The notes beneath the pieces were generated by a model. That model was given only the letters and a program-made list of their open reading frames with translations. It did not search any database and had not been told where the DNA came from. Source: the human T2T-CHM13v2.0 reference genome, Homo sapiens. From it: DNA of 64,000 nt. This document shows, in pieces, positions 1 through 13,481 of the stretch (the first letter of the stretch is position 1; each line of letters begins with the position of its first letter). The stretch lies in the NCBI RefSeq assembly GCF_009914755.1, contig NC_060947.1; one strand, 5' to 3'. Both the position numbers and the translations under genes were made by a program.

Positions 1-86
1 GACCATAAGAGGGACCTCTGTCTCATGACTTCTGTAGGCCAGTGTGATGGAAGGAATTGCCTTCCCTTTACAGGGTTCTCAGAGAG

Positions 87-235
87 CAGTGCTTCTTAAC
101 CAGAGGTAACCATCAAGATCATCTGAGGTGCTTTTGTACAATACACATTCCAGGGCCCTGCCAAGACCTACTGAATCTTTGTGGTGGGGTTCAGGTTGAT
201 GTTTTTAAAAAGCTCCCCAGGAGATCCTTATGGGC
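87..235. mobile_element. MER5-like hAT-Charlie fragment
   Basis: cagtgcttcttaac start; ccaagacctactgaatc and tttttaaaaagctccccagg resemble the MER5 consensus. Confidence 0.55.
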
Positions 236-518
236 AGCAATAAATCAAATGCTCCTATATACACCAGCATAGAAAGTCTTTTTTTCCTCAGGAGATAGGA
301 TGGTAGTACTTGCTCTTCTCTAGAGCAGTGACAATGTAAGCAAGTTATTTCTAAACTCTCCCTCCATCCCTTTTTTAGTTTCTTTGAAAATCTGATGAAA
401 TTATAGACTTTTCCCCAAGAGAGAATATGCTTAAACAGATCATTGGCTCTGCAATTTGAAGAGGGTTCACTGAACCCTTGAACGTTATCCATGGGGCCCC
501 TGCTCTAGAATCGTCTAG

Positions 519-645
519 TTTTTTTGGTGTTTTTGTTGTTGTTGTTTTTGTTTTGTTTTGGTTTTTTTGAGACAGGGTCTCATTCTGTTGCCCAGACTGG
601 AATGCATTGGCATGATCATGGCCCACTGCAGCCTTAACTTCCCAG
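519..645 (-). mobile_element. Truncated Alu (AluJ-like 3' arm) with (TTG)n-type tail
   Basis: T-rich tail then gagacagggtctcattctgttgcccagactggaatgca. Confidence 0.85.
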
Positions 646-869
646 TAGGATCCTTTAGTTTTGAAGAGGGGCTTCAATGTTTGAAGGATACATGGTAGAC
701 CCTGGCTTCCCAAGAGACAAGCCCCACCCAACCCACAAATGGCTCTGCACTGAAGCCAGAAAGGAAATGAGGCTCTATCAATCAGAGAGGTTAAAGTATT
801 CCTGATTGAGATGATGTGAGTGATGTGGGACAGGAAGAGGCACAAGGGCCTGGTCTTTCAGCCACTTAC

Positions 870-1009
870 CTGTCTAGGATCCTCACACTAGCCTGCTCCA
901 CTCTGTTGAGGATGTCCAGAGGTGACTTGCTTTTGTTCCAGAATGCACCCCAGCCCAGAACACGAGCCAGATCATTGCCGGTTCCAAGTGGGATGACTGC
1001 CAACTGACA
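870..1009 (-). CDS. DGKK: DGKK exon (inferred 11), catalytic domain, 140 nt, phase 0/2
   Basis: ttgcag|TGT...AG|gtaagt; [46 protein letters not shown]. Confidence 0.97.
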
Positions 1010-1773
1010 CTGCAAGAACAAAAGGAGACACCCTTTTCAGACAGTCTTTCTACCAAGCTTCACCCATGAAGGAACCCAGAGGGTACTCTTTGGGAAGAAT
1101 TATGGTCTTAAAACCAGTGGATTTACGGGACTTCAGATTCTGGGGAAGGTAATGAGAGGATGTTTGCAATTGGGTGAAATTTTCCCTAAGGAGTTGGACC
1201 CCAGTGTTAACAACACAGAACCTACTAAGTAAAGGGAAAAGTTGCCGGAATATGACAATATTCATGGCCATGCTTAAAGAAGAGAAATATAGCTGTGAAT
1301 TTCTATCTGGGCTGGGCCAAGGAGGTGAAGTACGTCAGGAGACAAAGCTACTGGAGTGAGAAGAGCAAGGCGGCTGCCTAAGGACAGTAAGGAGACATAG
1401 AGGAAACTTTCTGCCACTCTTGAGACTCAAGGAAGAAAATCAGTGGGTTCAGGAGGGGAAGGAAATTGGGGGTTGAGTGCTGTCTAAGACCACTTCTGTT
1501 TTGTTTGCTCTCCTCCCCTTCAATTCTTCACTTTGAAGCCTAGGGAACAGAGCACTGCTCGTTCTTTCTGTCGATGTCACACAGATAGACAACCAGAAAA
1601 CAGTGTAGATGAGTAGGCTTAGATTGGGAATCTACCAGTCAGGCTGAATATGAAACCTGGGGGAAACATATTTTACAGACAGGGAGGGCGAAGACTTGGG
1701 ACTTCTTGGGATGGGCAGCTGCACACCCCTACTCTTTCTAGCAATGGCTAAACTGAGTCATCCAGGGACTTAC

Positions 1774-1882
1774 CTTTTCATGTAATCCAAAGGCATCAAT
1801 CAGAGATAAGACCCAGCTCACGCTGCCATCTCCACCACAAACCAGAATGCGAAAGCGAGCAAAGTTCTTGAACATAGACAGC
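1774..1882 (-). CDS. DGKK: DGKK exon (inferred 10), ATP-binding GGDG motif, 109 nt, phase 2/0
   Basis: ttccag|G...AAG|gtaagt; [36 protein letters not shown]. Confidence 0.97.
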
Positions 1883-2584
1883 CTGGAAGGACAAAGAGGA
1901 AAGGGGGTCATTTCATGAACAGCTGGGTTTTGTAACTTTTCCTACAATGTGTCAGGACACAAGGATTGCTGCTTTGGCACTCTGCTAACAGACCACCTGC
2001 CTTCTTTCCCTTAGCCCTTATCTGTCTGTGGGATCTAAGACCATAGACCATCCCAGAGATCAGGCTTTGCCTCAACTCATTTTCTTTCTGTGCCTCTGGA
2101 AAACACTAGTAACCTAAACAGACCCATTTGCTGAGGCCCAGGAAGATGCCTTGCATGGTGGCCAGTGGGCTCACAGGAACCAGGACTGAGCAGCCAGATG
2201 GTCCCAAAATAAAACAGGTCTATAGAGGAGATATATCTATTTGGTCCCGGGAAAGAGAGTGGCAGGAAAAGTAGACAGCAGTATCCATTTGTCTCTTTCT
2301 CTCAGGTTAGGAGGCATAGTTTTACGTTTTCCAACCAAAAAAGATAAAGCAAATCTGACAGGGGCTTGGACATGGGCTTGAAGGGATTTCTGGGAGAGGG
2401 CTAAGAGCCCTCCTACCAGCCAACCCAAAAGGCTCTGGAGTTATGTGCTTGTGTCCTGACTTGAGAAAATAGACCTTTCCTGCCCAAATACAAGAACTGA
2501 TTCCAAGAAGCCTGTTTTAGTTTAGAATGTATAGAAGGAAGACTCCCTTACATACCCAATCATATCCATGGGATACAGGCTTAC

Positions 2585-2768
2585 CCTGCTTCAGGTCCAC
2601 CCTTCAATAAGTCGAACACTTGAGATGGGTTAAGGTATTGCTTGAATTTTCGGAGGAAGACGATCCCCTGATGATCGCCACTTTTGGAGTTGATGAAGAT
2701 GAGCAAGGGACATGAACAGGCTGATGACCAATCAAGATTCCAGAAGTCTGAAGATACTACTAATTGGC
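2585..2768 (-). CDS. DGKK: DGKK exon (inferred 9), start of DAGK catalytic domain, 184 nt, phase 1/2
   Basis: long pyrimidine tract, tgtcag|GC...GG|gtaagc; [60 protein letters not shown]. Confidence 0.97.
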
Positions 2769-4049
2769 CTGACACAACGAAAAGAAAAAGAAGAAAAAAA
2801 AGAACGGACCCGTTGAGATGGAAACGAGACATGACTTAACATCACATTTTGCAATAACTTTTTGAGTATGAGTCTCAGTCTTTTGAAAATGAGGAGCAGA
2901 GGAAAAGTCAAGATACCACCCAGAGGGGCTTAAAAGTATTTGTTGTATTTGTCTAGCTGTTGTCAGACAAATGACATTTGCTGAGCCACTACCACATGCC
3001 AAGCATCATGCCAGATACTGCTAGGGGTATAGTCCCTGCCTTCAAGCTCAGGAGAGAGACTCATACACAACAGTATGTTGGAACATAAGGAATAAAGAAA
3101 TTGGTGCCACAACAAAGGATTAGTAAAACTGTGAGGAAACTGAGGAAGGAGAGGATTGAGAACCCAGGAGGAAGACCAGCACACAACTAGTCCTTTCTCT
3201 GCCCAGGATACCTCAGTTCTTATAGTGAGAAGATACCAGGTCAGGAGAGAGGGGAAGGAAAGGCTGTCATTTAGCCAGGAGCTAATAACAGAACGTATCA
3301 ATGTGGGGTGAAGCAAAGAGCTTTAATCACTTCTCTAAGGCTGTTGCAGAGCAATCTGTGTTATCTCACCAACTTCCCTGGGGAAACAAGACTATAGGAA
3401 AATTATCTGAACAAGGGAGAGGCTTTTAATAATCTCCAATATTGTAGTTACCCATAGAGAAGTAGGGTTATAGCAGTCTAAATAACCAAAGCCTGCCAGC
3501 TCGTGCTGAGTCTCAGAGCCTGTTGGCAGGGAGACAGGCAGTGTGCAATGGCCTCCTAAGAGATGCTAGACAAATAGTGAGCCCCCAGACCTCGGAGCTG
3601 TGGCTTGACAGGGATGCCTCTGCAAAAATAAATACACAGGGCAAAAAGCATGTGGCTCACTCCTCAGTGGGGGTGGGAGGAGGTGGGTTGAGAAGACCCA
3701 TTTGTTTTAGCCTGGGTGAAAGGGAGCCTGAAGGAAATCTACTTGAGCAGATTTCATAACTGGTTTGCCTGGAAAAATCAAAGGCAGGTTTCCCCTATGG
3801 GCCAATTCCCACTCACTGGCCAGTGGAGCTTGAAGGCATCCTAAGCCAGCTAGCCAGTCATGCACCAAATTTTTAGGACTTGCCAGGACTCACAGCTACA
3901 AGGGGAGTCTTGTAGAAGCTGGGTCCCCTCACTAGCATAGCTCGGAAGTAGTTACTTTCCCCGAATACATTATCCAAAAGTAGTACCCCTTCCAACATTT
4001 TTTTACTAAAGTAATATGTTGACACAATGGTAGTTAAGACACATTAATC

Positions 4050-4520
4050 CCTTCATTCAATAAATATGTATGGAGGGCATTCTCTGTGCCTGCTTTATGT
4101 CCTGAGAATACAGTGGTGGACAAGATAGAAATAGTCTCTGCCCTTGTGGAACTTATATTTTAATGGAGGAGACAGACCATAACAAAGAATTATAAAAAAG
4201 AATTTGCCATGAAGAAAAATAAGGTAGGGAAAGGGGGTAGATATTGGAAGGGGTGTTATTTTAGACAGAGTGTCAGGGATGGCTTCTTTCAGGAGGTGAC
4301 ATTTGAGATGAAACTTGAATGAATGCAGGAGTGAGCAATGCAGGGAAGAGTGTTTTGGGGGTAGGAAGAAGAATAAGTGCCAGGACCCTGAAAAGGGAGA
4401 CTGTCTGGGCTGTCTGAGGACCAGTGAAGAGAATAGTATGGTTATTGTGGAGTGAGTGGGGGGGGAGTGGCAGAAGATGAGGTCAGAGAGGTGACATGGG
4501 ACAGATCCAATGGCAACAAG
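4050..4520 (-). mobile_element. L2 3' end
   Basis: cattcaataaatat terminus and gtctctgcccttgtggaacttatattt; ggaggtgacatttgagatga. Confidence 0.75.
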
Positions 4521-5139
4521 ATGTTGGAGGAAGCAGTGCAAAAATAAGGGGAAGACTGTTCAGCATGGACTTGAGACGTCACGAGTCAGGTCTTAAGATA
4601 TTTAAAGAAAGTAGTCAAAAGGTGTTAACTTTTTATGTGCTTGCTCCCCTACCAATGAACAATGCAGGCCCCAATTCATGGCCTAGCCCCAAGCTTACCT
4701 CTCCCTTGTTTTAGAACCTGTCTGTGCTCTGTGCTTCCCTTTCTCACTCTGCAACCCTCTGTCAACACCCTCTAAGTGAGCATATGACTTTGGGTATGCA
4801 CCCTAATTAAAGGACTCATGGAAGCAACTTCTTGCCAACATCTAGTGGCTCTCTGAGGTGTGCTTGGAAGCAAGCACTTTCCCTGCCAGAGGTCCTGGAA
4901 TAAACCTATCTATGCCCCCAAAGTTTTTGTTTTGTTTAGTGTCAAAGGCCCTTTGGGGGTAGTTCCTCTCTAAAGGTGAGACAGCAGTGGCAGTGAGACC
5001 AACCACTGTGTACTATTTGGGCCTCAGTTTCCTTATCTTCAAAATGAATCATTCAAAAACTTAAATTAGTTTCCCAGTGTTTAGATGAAAATGGACCTTT
5101 AAAAGCCAATCATTATGCTCATAATTTGGCTCCTAAAGA

Positions 5140-5910
5140 TGAGAAGATGGTCAAACTTACTCATAACAAGAAATATACAGATTAAAACTAGCCTATGTTA
5201 ACATTTTTTTTTCTTGTCTAGAACATTGGCAAAAAAAAAAAAAAATAGATAACACACTTGACTGGGGAGGCCATGGGGAAATAGGCACTCTCATACACCA
5301 AGAATGGACGTGCTGAGTGACACAAGCCCTGTAGAGGTGAATTTGACAGTATCTATGAAAATTACAGAGGCATATGCATTTTGACCTAGTAATTCCATTT
5401 CTTGGAATTTTTCATATAGACGTGTATGTAAAAGGATATGCATGAGGCTGTTCACTGTGGCATTATTTGCAATAGCAAAAGACTGAAAACTACTAAATTA
5501 TTCATCATAGTGGACTGGTTAAGTACGTTATGGTGTATCCATACAGCAGAATATCTTGTAACTGTAAAAAAGAGCGAGGAAGCAATTTGTTGATAAGGAA
5601 AAGTCTCCAAAATATACTGTGAAGGAGAAAAAGAGCAAGGCGCAGAACAATGTGCATAGTATTAAAAGGGGTGGATAAGAATATCTATTTATATTTACTG
5701 GTATATACATGAAGAACTACTGGAAGGTATTTAAGAAACTAATGGCAGTATTGAACTGTGAGTGAGGATATGGGGGCTGTAGGAGATTGAGAAGATCAGA
5801 GAAAAGATAGCAGCAAGACTTTTCATTAAGTATTATGTGTATATATGTATTTCTTTTTTAAAAAACTGAACCATGTGAATATATTAACTAGACAAGAATT
5901 GAATTAAGAA
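5140..5910 (+). mobile_element. Old L1 (L1ME-like) ORF2 end and 3' UTR
   Basis: ggcactctcatacac, tttgacctagtaattccatttcttggaattt, tatggtgtatccatacagcagaatat. Confidence 0.75.
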
Positions 5911-6399
5911 ATAGGAAAAAAGAATTATGCTAATGCTGTCTATAAATTAAATAGCCATGAGGGTGTAAACTAGAGTGAGCATAGGAAGCTTAGGGAGAAA
6001 ATTCTGTAATTAAGGCAACTTGAACTTTAACATCAAACCTCATCTGTGGATGGGAAGACAGTGGGACATAGCCCCAGCAGGAAGGCAGTCCCAGGAGACT
6101 ACAGGGGCAGCTCCATCTAGTATTTCCCCCTGAGGAAGAGAATATCTGAATTTCAGCAAGGCCAAGTTTGTCAAGAGAATCTTGTGAACCAGGTGACAAA
6201 GATGGGTGCCACTGAGGGCAGAAATGTAATAATGTTAAGATTTATAACCAGGCAATCCTTTCCACAAGATTGCTTTTGAATAGACTGATGTTAATCATAA
6301 GGGAGTGCCCAGTATTATTCCACAATTTTAATTGACAATTCACATGGAAACATAGAAGTCTGGCTTGTGAACTCTGAAGTACTCAAAGCTGGAGGAAGA

Positions 6400-6730
6400 G
6401 ATACTTAATGACAGAATCAAGATTGAAAAGTGACCTTGACAGGCTGACTGGTCAAAGTCCAGGGATGAAATGTAAAGGGAATAAATGTGAAGCTTGCCCT
6501 TTAGGCTCAAGGACATAAATTGTACCAGAACAGGACAATACGAACTTGACTTGGCAGCATCAAGTGTGAAAAGAGCTTAGGGGACTTAGTTGACTTTAAG
6601 CTCCTGATGAGTCAACAGCCTGAAAGAACCTTTCAAAAAAAGCTCATGTTTCTTTGAGCTGCATTAATATAACCATAGTGCCCTAAACAGGGAGCCAACA
6701 GTCCCACTCAAATTCATTCTGTTCACTCCA
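6400..6730 (+). mobile_element. CR1/L3 reverse-transcriptase remnant
   Basis: gatgacagaatcaagatt-type start, gaccttgacaggctg, tgagtcaacag, gctgcattaat. Confidence 0.65.
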
Positions 6731-6929
6731 AAGAAAGATGCGAAATTGGCATAGGTTGGCTTACCATTCTCTTCCCGTACTTTTAAAATCCTCCCTTACA
6801 AATGTCAACTCATTTAACCTTCATGACACACCTGAGTACAATTGTTATTCCTTATTGGCAGAAAACAAATGCCAGATTAACCACAGAGAGGTTAAGTAAC
6901 TTGTCCAGGGGCATACAGTAAATGATAGA

Positions 6930-7090
6930 GTGTGTTTCTAGGACTAGTAGTATCAGCAACATCTGGGACTTGTTAGAGATGCAATTTCCTGGGCCCCACC
7001 CAGATCTACTGAATCAAATGCTCTGGGGGTAGTGCCCAGAAATCTGTGTTTTAACAAGCCTTTCAGATGCTTCTGATACAACAACCACTG
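6930..7090. mobile_element. MER5A (hAT-Charlie)
   Basis: cttgttagagatgcaatttcctgggccccacccagatctactgaatca...tctgtgttttaacaagcc...aaccactg. Confidence 0.8.
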
Positions 7091-8671
7091 CACTTCACTA
7101 TTTTTTCTCCATATGAGCCAGTGATGCTATCTTAGTCGTTGCTCAGCATTGAGCCTTACATACAGGCAGTATTCAGTAAATGTATTAAGGAATTCATGTA
7201 ACAAATCTTGACTGTGTGTATACCGTATACCCAGGTCTGAGTCAAGTGCTAAGGATACAGAGAGCTCACAGTCTGGGGTGGAAGATGGACACCATTATAA
7301 TGTCATGTGTTAGGTGCTTTGAGATATGTCTTCTTGGTTTATAGCCATAGAAGTAATTGATTTGTTTGGGAGAGTGGGAAGAGGCCATTACAGAAGCTGT
7401 CAAACAGAGAAGACAATGTTTAATTTTGAGCTGGACCCTAAAGGATAAGAGAAGGAATATACCAAGCAGACTGGATAGGAAAAAGGGATAATTGGAAGGA
7501 ATTCTCAGAAATTAGAGTCTACTGACTGAATAAATATATACGTGAACAGATGGGTGTGACTCAACGCTAGCAAGGGCCTTCTCAGAAAGTCATGAGCTGG
7601 ATGCCCTCATGACTTCAGCTGGGTGCTGAAGAAAGGATTCTCTAGCTCAGCCAGGGGGCATTGAACCAGACCATCTTTAAGGACCTCACATGGCTAAGAT
7701 TCTATGACTGGAAGATGCAAAAGATTCCTCTGGGATGGGACCTTCCAGTAGGAAACTTACCCATTAAAGGGCATAAAGCCACAGCCAAGAAGCCAGGAAG
7801 ACAGAGTCAAGAAGATAGGGAAGTTTGAAAGACATTTCTAAGAAGTTCTAGGACAAGTAATGCATGATAGAAAGAAGGGCTGGCAGTGAGTGAGATTCAA
7901 TTGGATCAAGATTGCAGATGACTAGGAGGAAAAGTTAAAAGCTAACTCATGGGATATTAAATAAGACACCAAACAAAAAGAATAGATTAGCCCAGGTGCT
8001 CCTAAGCAATAATATTATATCACTGGTGGAAAGAAGAAGAAAGTAACAATGCCATTATTTGACAAGCTATAACAAGCATAAGAAGTGATATAGGATAGGA
8101 AGAAATAAATTTTAAAAACACCAACACAAGGACAGGAAGCACAGAACATGTTTGGCCCAGTTACAAAGGAGAGGCGGCAACCCTCTTAACACCTATTTGG
8201 GGTCATTTGTGGCATGCTGAGGTGGGCCATCTGCTTAAAGACATCTTTGTCAGGTCCCTGTGGGGGTGAGCAAAATGTCTCAGATTCAAAACTAGGTTGA
8301 TTTCACTACCAGCCTGATTTTGCTCAGCTGACCAGTTTGCTACTTTTCTTCTTGTATCAACTGCATCTTCCCCTAGTCCCTCATTCTCCTAACTAGGCAA
8401 GTATCTCTTATTTACTAAGTCATCAATTTCATCACCTCTTTGGTCAACTACCTGGTGGGTGACTCCATATGGATAACTATTTGAGTAGATCTGAGAATAA
8501 TATATGCATGTATACCTGAGTGAAATTCAGTTTTGTGTCTTTACATGTTATTATGGGGACATATGAGTATACTTGCCTGCAGAAACCTGTATGAATGGCT
8601 CATTCCATGTACTAAGGTCTAGCTATATCTGTGTTAGGGTTGGAAAAATAACCGGAAGGATCTAGAGTGGC

Positions 8672-8732
8672 TGTGTGTGTGTGTGTGTGTGTGTACGCGT
8701 GCACATATATATGAGCACGCACATACACATGT
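8672..8732. repeat. (TG)n microsatellite plus alternating purine-pyrimidine tail
   Basis: direct reading. Confidence 0.9.
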
Positions 8733-9469
8733 GGTATGTCTAGTTCTAAAACTATGTTGTAACGGCTACAGGAATCTTTGCCCCCTTCTGTTCTCTAAGG
8801 AAACCATCTACTCTTCTTTCTTTTCCTTTCTTTGCTTCCAGCTAATGCTGGCTCTTCCCTGGCAGTGAAGTGAGCAACTAGCATCTATGTGGGGATAATT
8901 TTTAAGTCAGTGAAACGAGGGCTCACTAATCACTCTTGGACCAGTGGATATCCCACACGTCAGAGATGGACAAATTAGCAAATTAGAGAAATATAGATTA
9001 AAACATTCCAGGAAGAATTTGAACTTTCCTCCAGTAAGTGAAATTGACCATATATAGAGTGAAACTAATCATACACAAACTGAAATTTATGAGCAGTGTA
9101 TCTCTTCCCTGGCTTAGTGAAATAGTAGTATGTCAGTGGTAAGTATATTAGATTTCTAAATCTCTTAGTATTAGTAAAATAGGTTAGGTCTTTTAAGCTG
9201 TGATATATGATTTTGATCTTGACAGTTCCCACTCTTTAATAATGAGTAATGGGAGAAGTAAATGAACAAGTCAATGGCAAAAAGGAGAGTCTCTCAGAAA
9301 AAACAAAGAAAAAGTAGGGAAGGAGAGGTGAATTCAAAAGGCAGGTGCCAAAGAGTGAATCATCCCTGTGGGGTCTGCACTTTTTATTAGGCTAGGAGAC
9401 TAGATATTTAGTTGCCCAAGAAGTTGAGGGATTTAATTTTATGGTCCTTTGAGGTTATGTTTTTAGATA

Positions 9470-9610
9470 CTTAGGCCCTTCACATATTATCATCTATCTT
9501 CACAATAGATAGCTTCATTCCCGTTTACAGATGGGGAAAGCAAAGCTCAGAGAATGTAAGTGACTAACCCAACATCACATATCTAGTAAGTAACTAAAGC
9601 TCATAATTGC
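9470..9610 (-). mobile_element. MIR
   Basis: tttacagatggggaaagcaaagctcagagaatgtaagtgactaaccca core. Confidence 0.7.
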
Positions 9611-10469
9611 CTAGCTCTTGTTTTTTTTCCTTACGTCATGATACCTCCATGTCTTACTTATTCTTAAACAAACACAAAAACTATACAAAATACCCTTCTT
9701 CTTGGCTTCTGCTTTTTTTGTTCTAACATTGCTAGACCTCTTGATAGAAGACTCTATACAAAGTTTATTCTTGCTGCATTGATTTCATTACTACCTCCTT
9801 TCCGCTCAACCTCCTATAAATGGTTAATATTTCTAAGGTTTTCTCATTTCCAAATGTCTCTACCATTCCCTTGGCACTTAGCATATGACACATCAAATTG
9901 TTAATTGTTGTATTATATCAGTAGCCTGAATCCACAATAATCAATAGCTCTGGCAATGCCCATGTCTTAGATCTTTCTGTAGCCTTCAGACACCTTGAGA
10001 ACAGAGTTCTTAATAAATCACTAGAGTCCAGGAATTGACAAAGCATCAGTGAAGTTGGGGTAATGATCATGTTAGTTTCATATTTAGGAACAACATTGGT
10101 GTTTGTTTCCATTTTAAAAGTAAGATAACCTGGCCTTCATGAAGTTCTTCCTTGACCACCTGGACACAAACTTATTTAATGACTTATCCAGTGTTTGGAA
10201 ATCATGAAAAAGCTGAAATCAATTCTGATCAGAAACAATTGTGACCGAGCTACAGAGAACATGCCCACATACATATACACCAGAAAGAACAACATTCACA
10301 ATCCCAAAGGTAAGAGAACCAGGAGCTATCTATATACACATGCACAGTCCTACTTCCCCAAAATGTTTGACTGGTTGAGGAGAATAATTTAATTGCAGTG
10401 CTTCTTCCCAGCCTTTGCACCTTCCCTACATGCCCAATGTGCTTCTGAGGTTAAGATTTAACTACTCAC

Positions 10470-10572
10470 CATCGCCTTTGGGGTCGCTTAGAGCAGTGGG
10501 AGGAATGACTGATGAGCGATGGCTTCTGAAGCAACATTCCTTGGAAAACCGTCTCCTACAGTCATCATGCAC
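10470..10572 (-). CDS. DGKK: DGKK exon (inferred 8), C1b end and extension, 103 nt, phase 0/1
   Basis: tttcag|GTG...GATG|gtgagt; VHDDCRRRFSKECCFRSHRSSVIPPTALSDPKGD. Confidence 0.96.
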
Positions 10573-10899
10573 CTGAAACGACAAGAGAAGAGCAGAGAAA
10601 AAAAAGGAGGGGGAGAGAAAAGGATATCATTGATCAGTCTTGAGTTCCAATACCAAGATTTAGATTCTTAGTATTTAATCTCCCTTTCTGAGATTTGGTG
10701 CCATACATATATCCCTAACTCACCTGAACACCCCCATTCTACTCTGAGCCTACACTGTCTCTCAGTGTGGCCTCAGAACTCTGGTCCTTTCAAAGGTAGC
10801 TTTCAGAAGATACCCACCTACAGGCACTGAGAAATCACCAGTTCTAAGGCACAACCTTAGTGGCCTGCAGAATGGGGAACTTACATGCAGTATAAAAGA

Positions 10900-11065
10900 G
10901 TTAATAATAATAATCTAATATTACACTTCAATCCTTATAACAACAGGTGTGTGAGGTAGAAAAAACACTATTGAATTCATTTTAAAAATGAAGATGCCAA
11001 AGCTCAGAGAGGTAAAGGGTTTTGCCCAAGGTCAAACAGCTGGGAAGTGACAGCTGAGACTCTGC
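10900..11065 (-). mobile_element. MIR
   Basis: gctcagagaggtaaagggttttgcccaaggtcaaacagct core. Confidence 0.7.
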
Positions 11066-11297
11066 TGCCTTTCCCACAAGCGGCCATTCTTTCCAGATTT
11101 CTGACATCTTCAAGTGCCACTTCCTGGAAAATTACACATTTTCTAGGGGGAATGAACCTGGCCTGGTTATTCAAAAGCAATTGAAAAAAAAAAACAGAGG
11201 ACAACCAGAGTCTTCTAAGAAGAAGCCCATACTTCAGTTTCTTCTTGTCTAGAAAACTCAGTTTTGGAGAAGCATCTAAAAGGCTAGAAATCTAGAT

Positions 11298-11519
11298 CAG
11301 GGTCTCTCAACTTCAGCATTACTGATATTTTGAGCCAGATAGTTCTTTGTTATGAGAGGCTGACCTGTGCATTGTAGGAGGTTCAGCAGAATACCAGGCC
11401 TCTACCCACTCCATGTCAGTAGCGCTTCCCTCCACCCTGAGTTGCAAAAATAAAAAATGTCTCCACACACTGACAAATGTCTCCTGGGGGGCTAAATTAC
11501 CCCCAGTTGAGGACCACTG
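11298..11519 (-). mobile_element. MER20 (hAT-Charlie), full length
   Basis: TIRs cagggtctctcaac / gttgaggaccactg; flanks atctagat / gtttagag fit the NTCTAGAN target. Confidence 0.9.
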
Positions 11520-11524
11520 GTTTA

Positions 11525-11879
<355 letters not shown>

Positions 11880-12493
11880 GAGCATAGTCTTTGCAGAATT
11901 ATGTATGAATCAAGACTCTTGCTTACTGGCTGAATGACCTTGGACAAATGAAATTGGTCCAAATGACCTTGGACCCCTTCACTTTTCTGACCCTCACCTT
12001 CCTCATCTGTAAAATGGGAACAATGAGGCCCGGTTTAGGCTTATTGGAAGGAATAAATGAGATCATGTATATTAAGCACTCAGTATATAGTGGCAATAAT
12101 AATGTGTTAATATTATCAACCATTTTTAATTAATAAAGGTTACAAGTTCCTAGGAAATAGTGAATGAGAAAGGGAGTAGGTTTCTCAAAGGCAGACTCAG
12201 AACTTATTTTTAATTGCCCATACTGCCATTAGAGAGCTCAGCTTTTCCCATTTGTTAGTAGGCCTCACCAATTAAGAAGCAACAAAGATGGTCTTAAATC
12301 TTTCTCCCAAAGAAAGGCTCCATAGTCAGATCTGGAAAGGCAGGATACTAAGATTTATACTATGGAATCTGTTTAACCTGTTTTGAGATAAGAGTTTCTT
12401 AGATTTCTATCTATGTGTATACATGGTCAAGCTCTAAGCCACTCCCTCGCCAGGAGTTAAGTTCTCTAAATATCAAGATGAGAAGAGTCTTAC

Positions 12494-12616
12494 CGTAGAA
12501 TTACACCACAGGCAGCGGAAGTCTTGAAGTCTTTGATAACTGCCACAGCTCTCATGACACACTGCACACTGAGAGCTGACAGGCATGTTTCCTTCTACCC
12601 ATTGATGGGGCATGTT
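12494..12616 (-). CDS. DGKK: DGKK exon (inferred 7), C1b first part, 123 nt, phase 0/0
   Basis: ctgcag|AAC...ACG|gtaaga; [41 protein letters not shown]. Confidence 0.96.
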
Positions 12617-12923
12617 CTGCAGAAGGGTAAAAAGACACAGGAGGTAGAAGTTAGAGACATAAGGAGAGGAAGGGCCAACTGGAATAATTGTACTACTCCA
12701 TGGAGGACATTAGGTAAATGACCCAAATGACCCTGCCCTCCCTACTCCAATGCAAGTGAACAATGACAAGTGGAGGAGGGAGGTTCATTCTTCCAGATAA
12801 GTTGGATTGTGAGCCTAGGACTTTGCTTATCTGGAGTTAGGAAGAAGTCTTCCTCCCCCTGTGTATCCTGGTTGAAGGGGACATGGGAGAGGCCGACTGT
12901 GGGAAGACATGGCTAGTACTTAC

Positions 12924-13030
12924 TACTTCATCTGCAGGCAGAAGGAGGTCATCAGTGATAGACAATGTATTCCACTTGCAGTCTTTGCTTGCTCTCAAAG
13001 CACACAATCTGTGAGATTTCACTTTGCACA
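12924..13030 (-). CDS. DGKK: DGKK exon (inferred 6), C1a second half, 107 nt, phase 1/0
   Basis: tcacag|TG...GTA|gtaagt; (V)CKVKSHRLCALRASKDCKWNTLSITDDLLLPADEV; completes H-x12-C-x2-C-x13-C-x2-C-x4-H-x2-C-x7-C. Confidence 0.95.
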
Positions 13031-13481
13031 CTGTGAGAAGAGGAAGAGAAAAGATGGGTGTGAATCTGGTGACAGTGAGGATTCTAATTCTCTTCCCAAA
13101 GCTGCTCTGAAAGTTAGAACACAGATGCATTCTAAATAGTTCTAATGCACCTCCAAAAACCTATTTCCAATAGGATCCAGTTCCTTTTTATTCTTACTGG
13201 CTAATCTTTTTATTATCCAACTTGAATGAAAATTGATGGTAAGAATGAGGTGATTTCTGTCTTTTTAACACTTGTGATAATATAGTCCCATCCCCCCACA
13301 CTCATCCTTCTATTTTCATCCCCTTTATGTTAGTTTCCTCCCTTTTTCTTTCCTCAATCAGGGTTAACCTCACACCAGAGTCAGTGACCTAGTATGAGTT
13401 AATGATACTAAAGCCACATGAGTTCCTTCATCCCTATATCTACCCACTGAGCTTCACTTCCTAAAGGAATCAGAAAGGTAC

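Noticed and set aside
11927-11975. Short duplication aatgaccttggac
   Set aside because: A local slippage inside a MIR core with no further structure.
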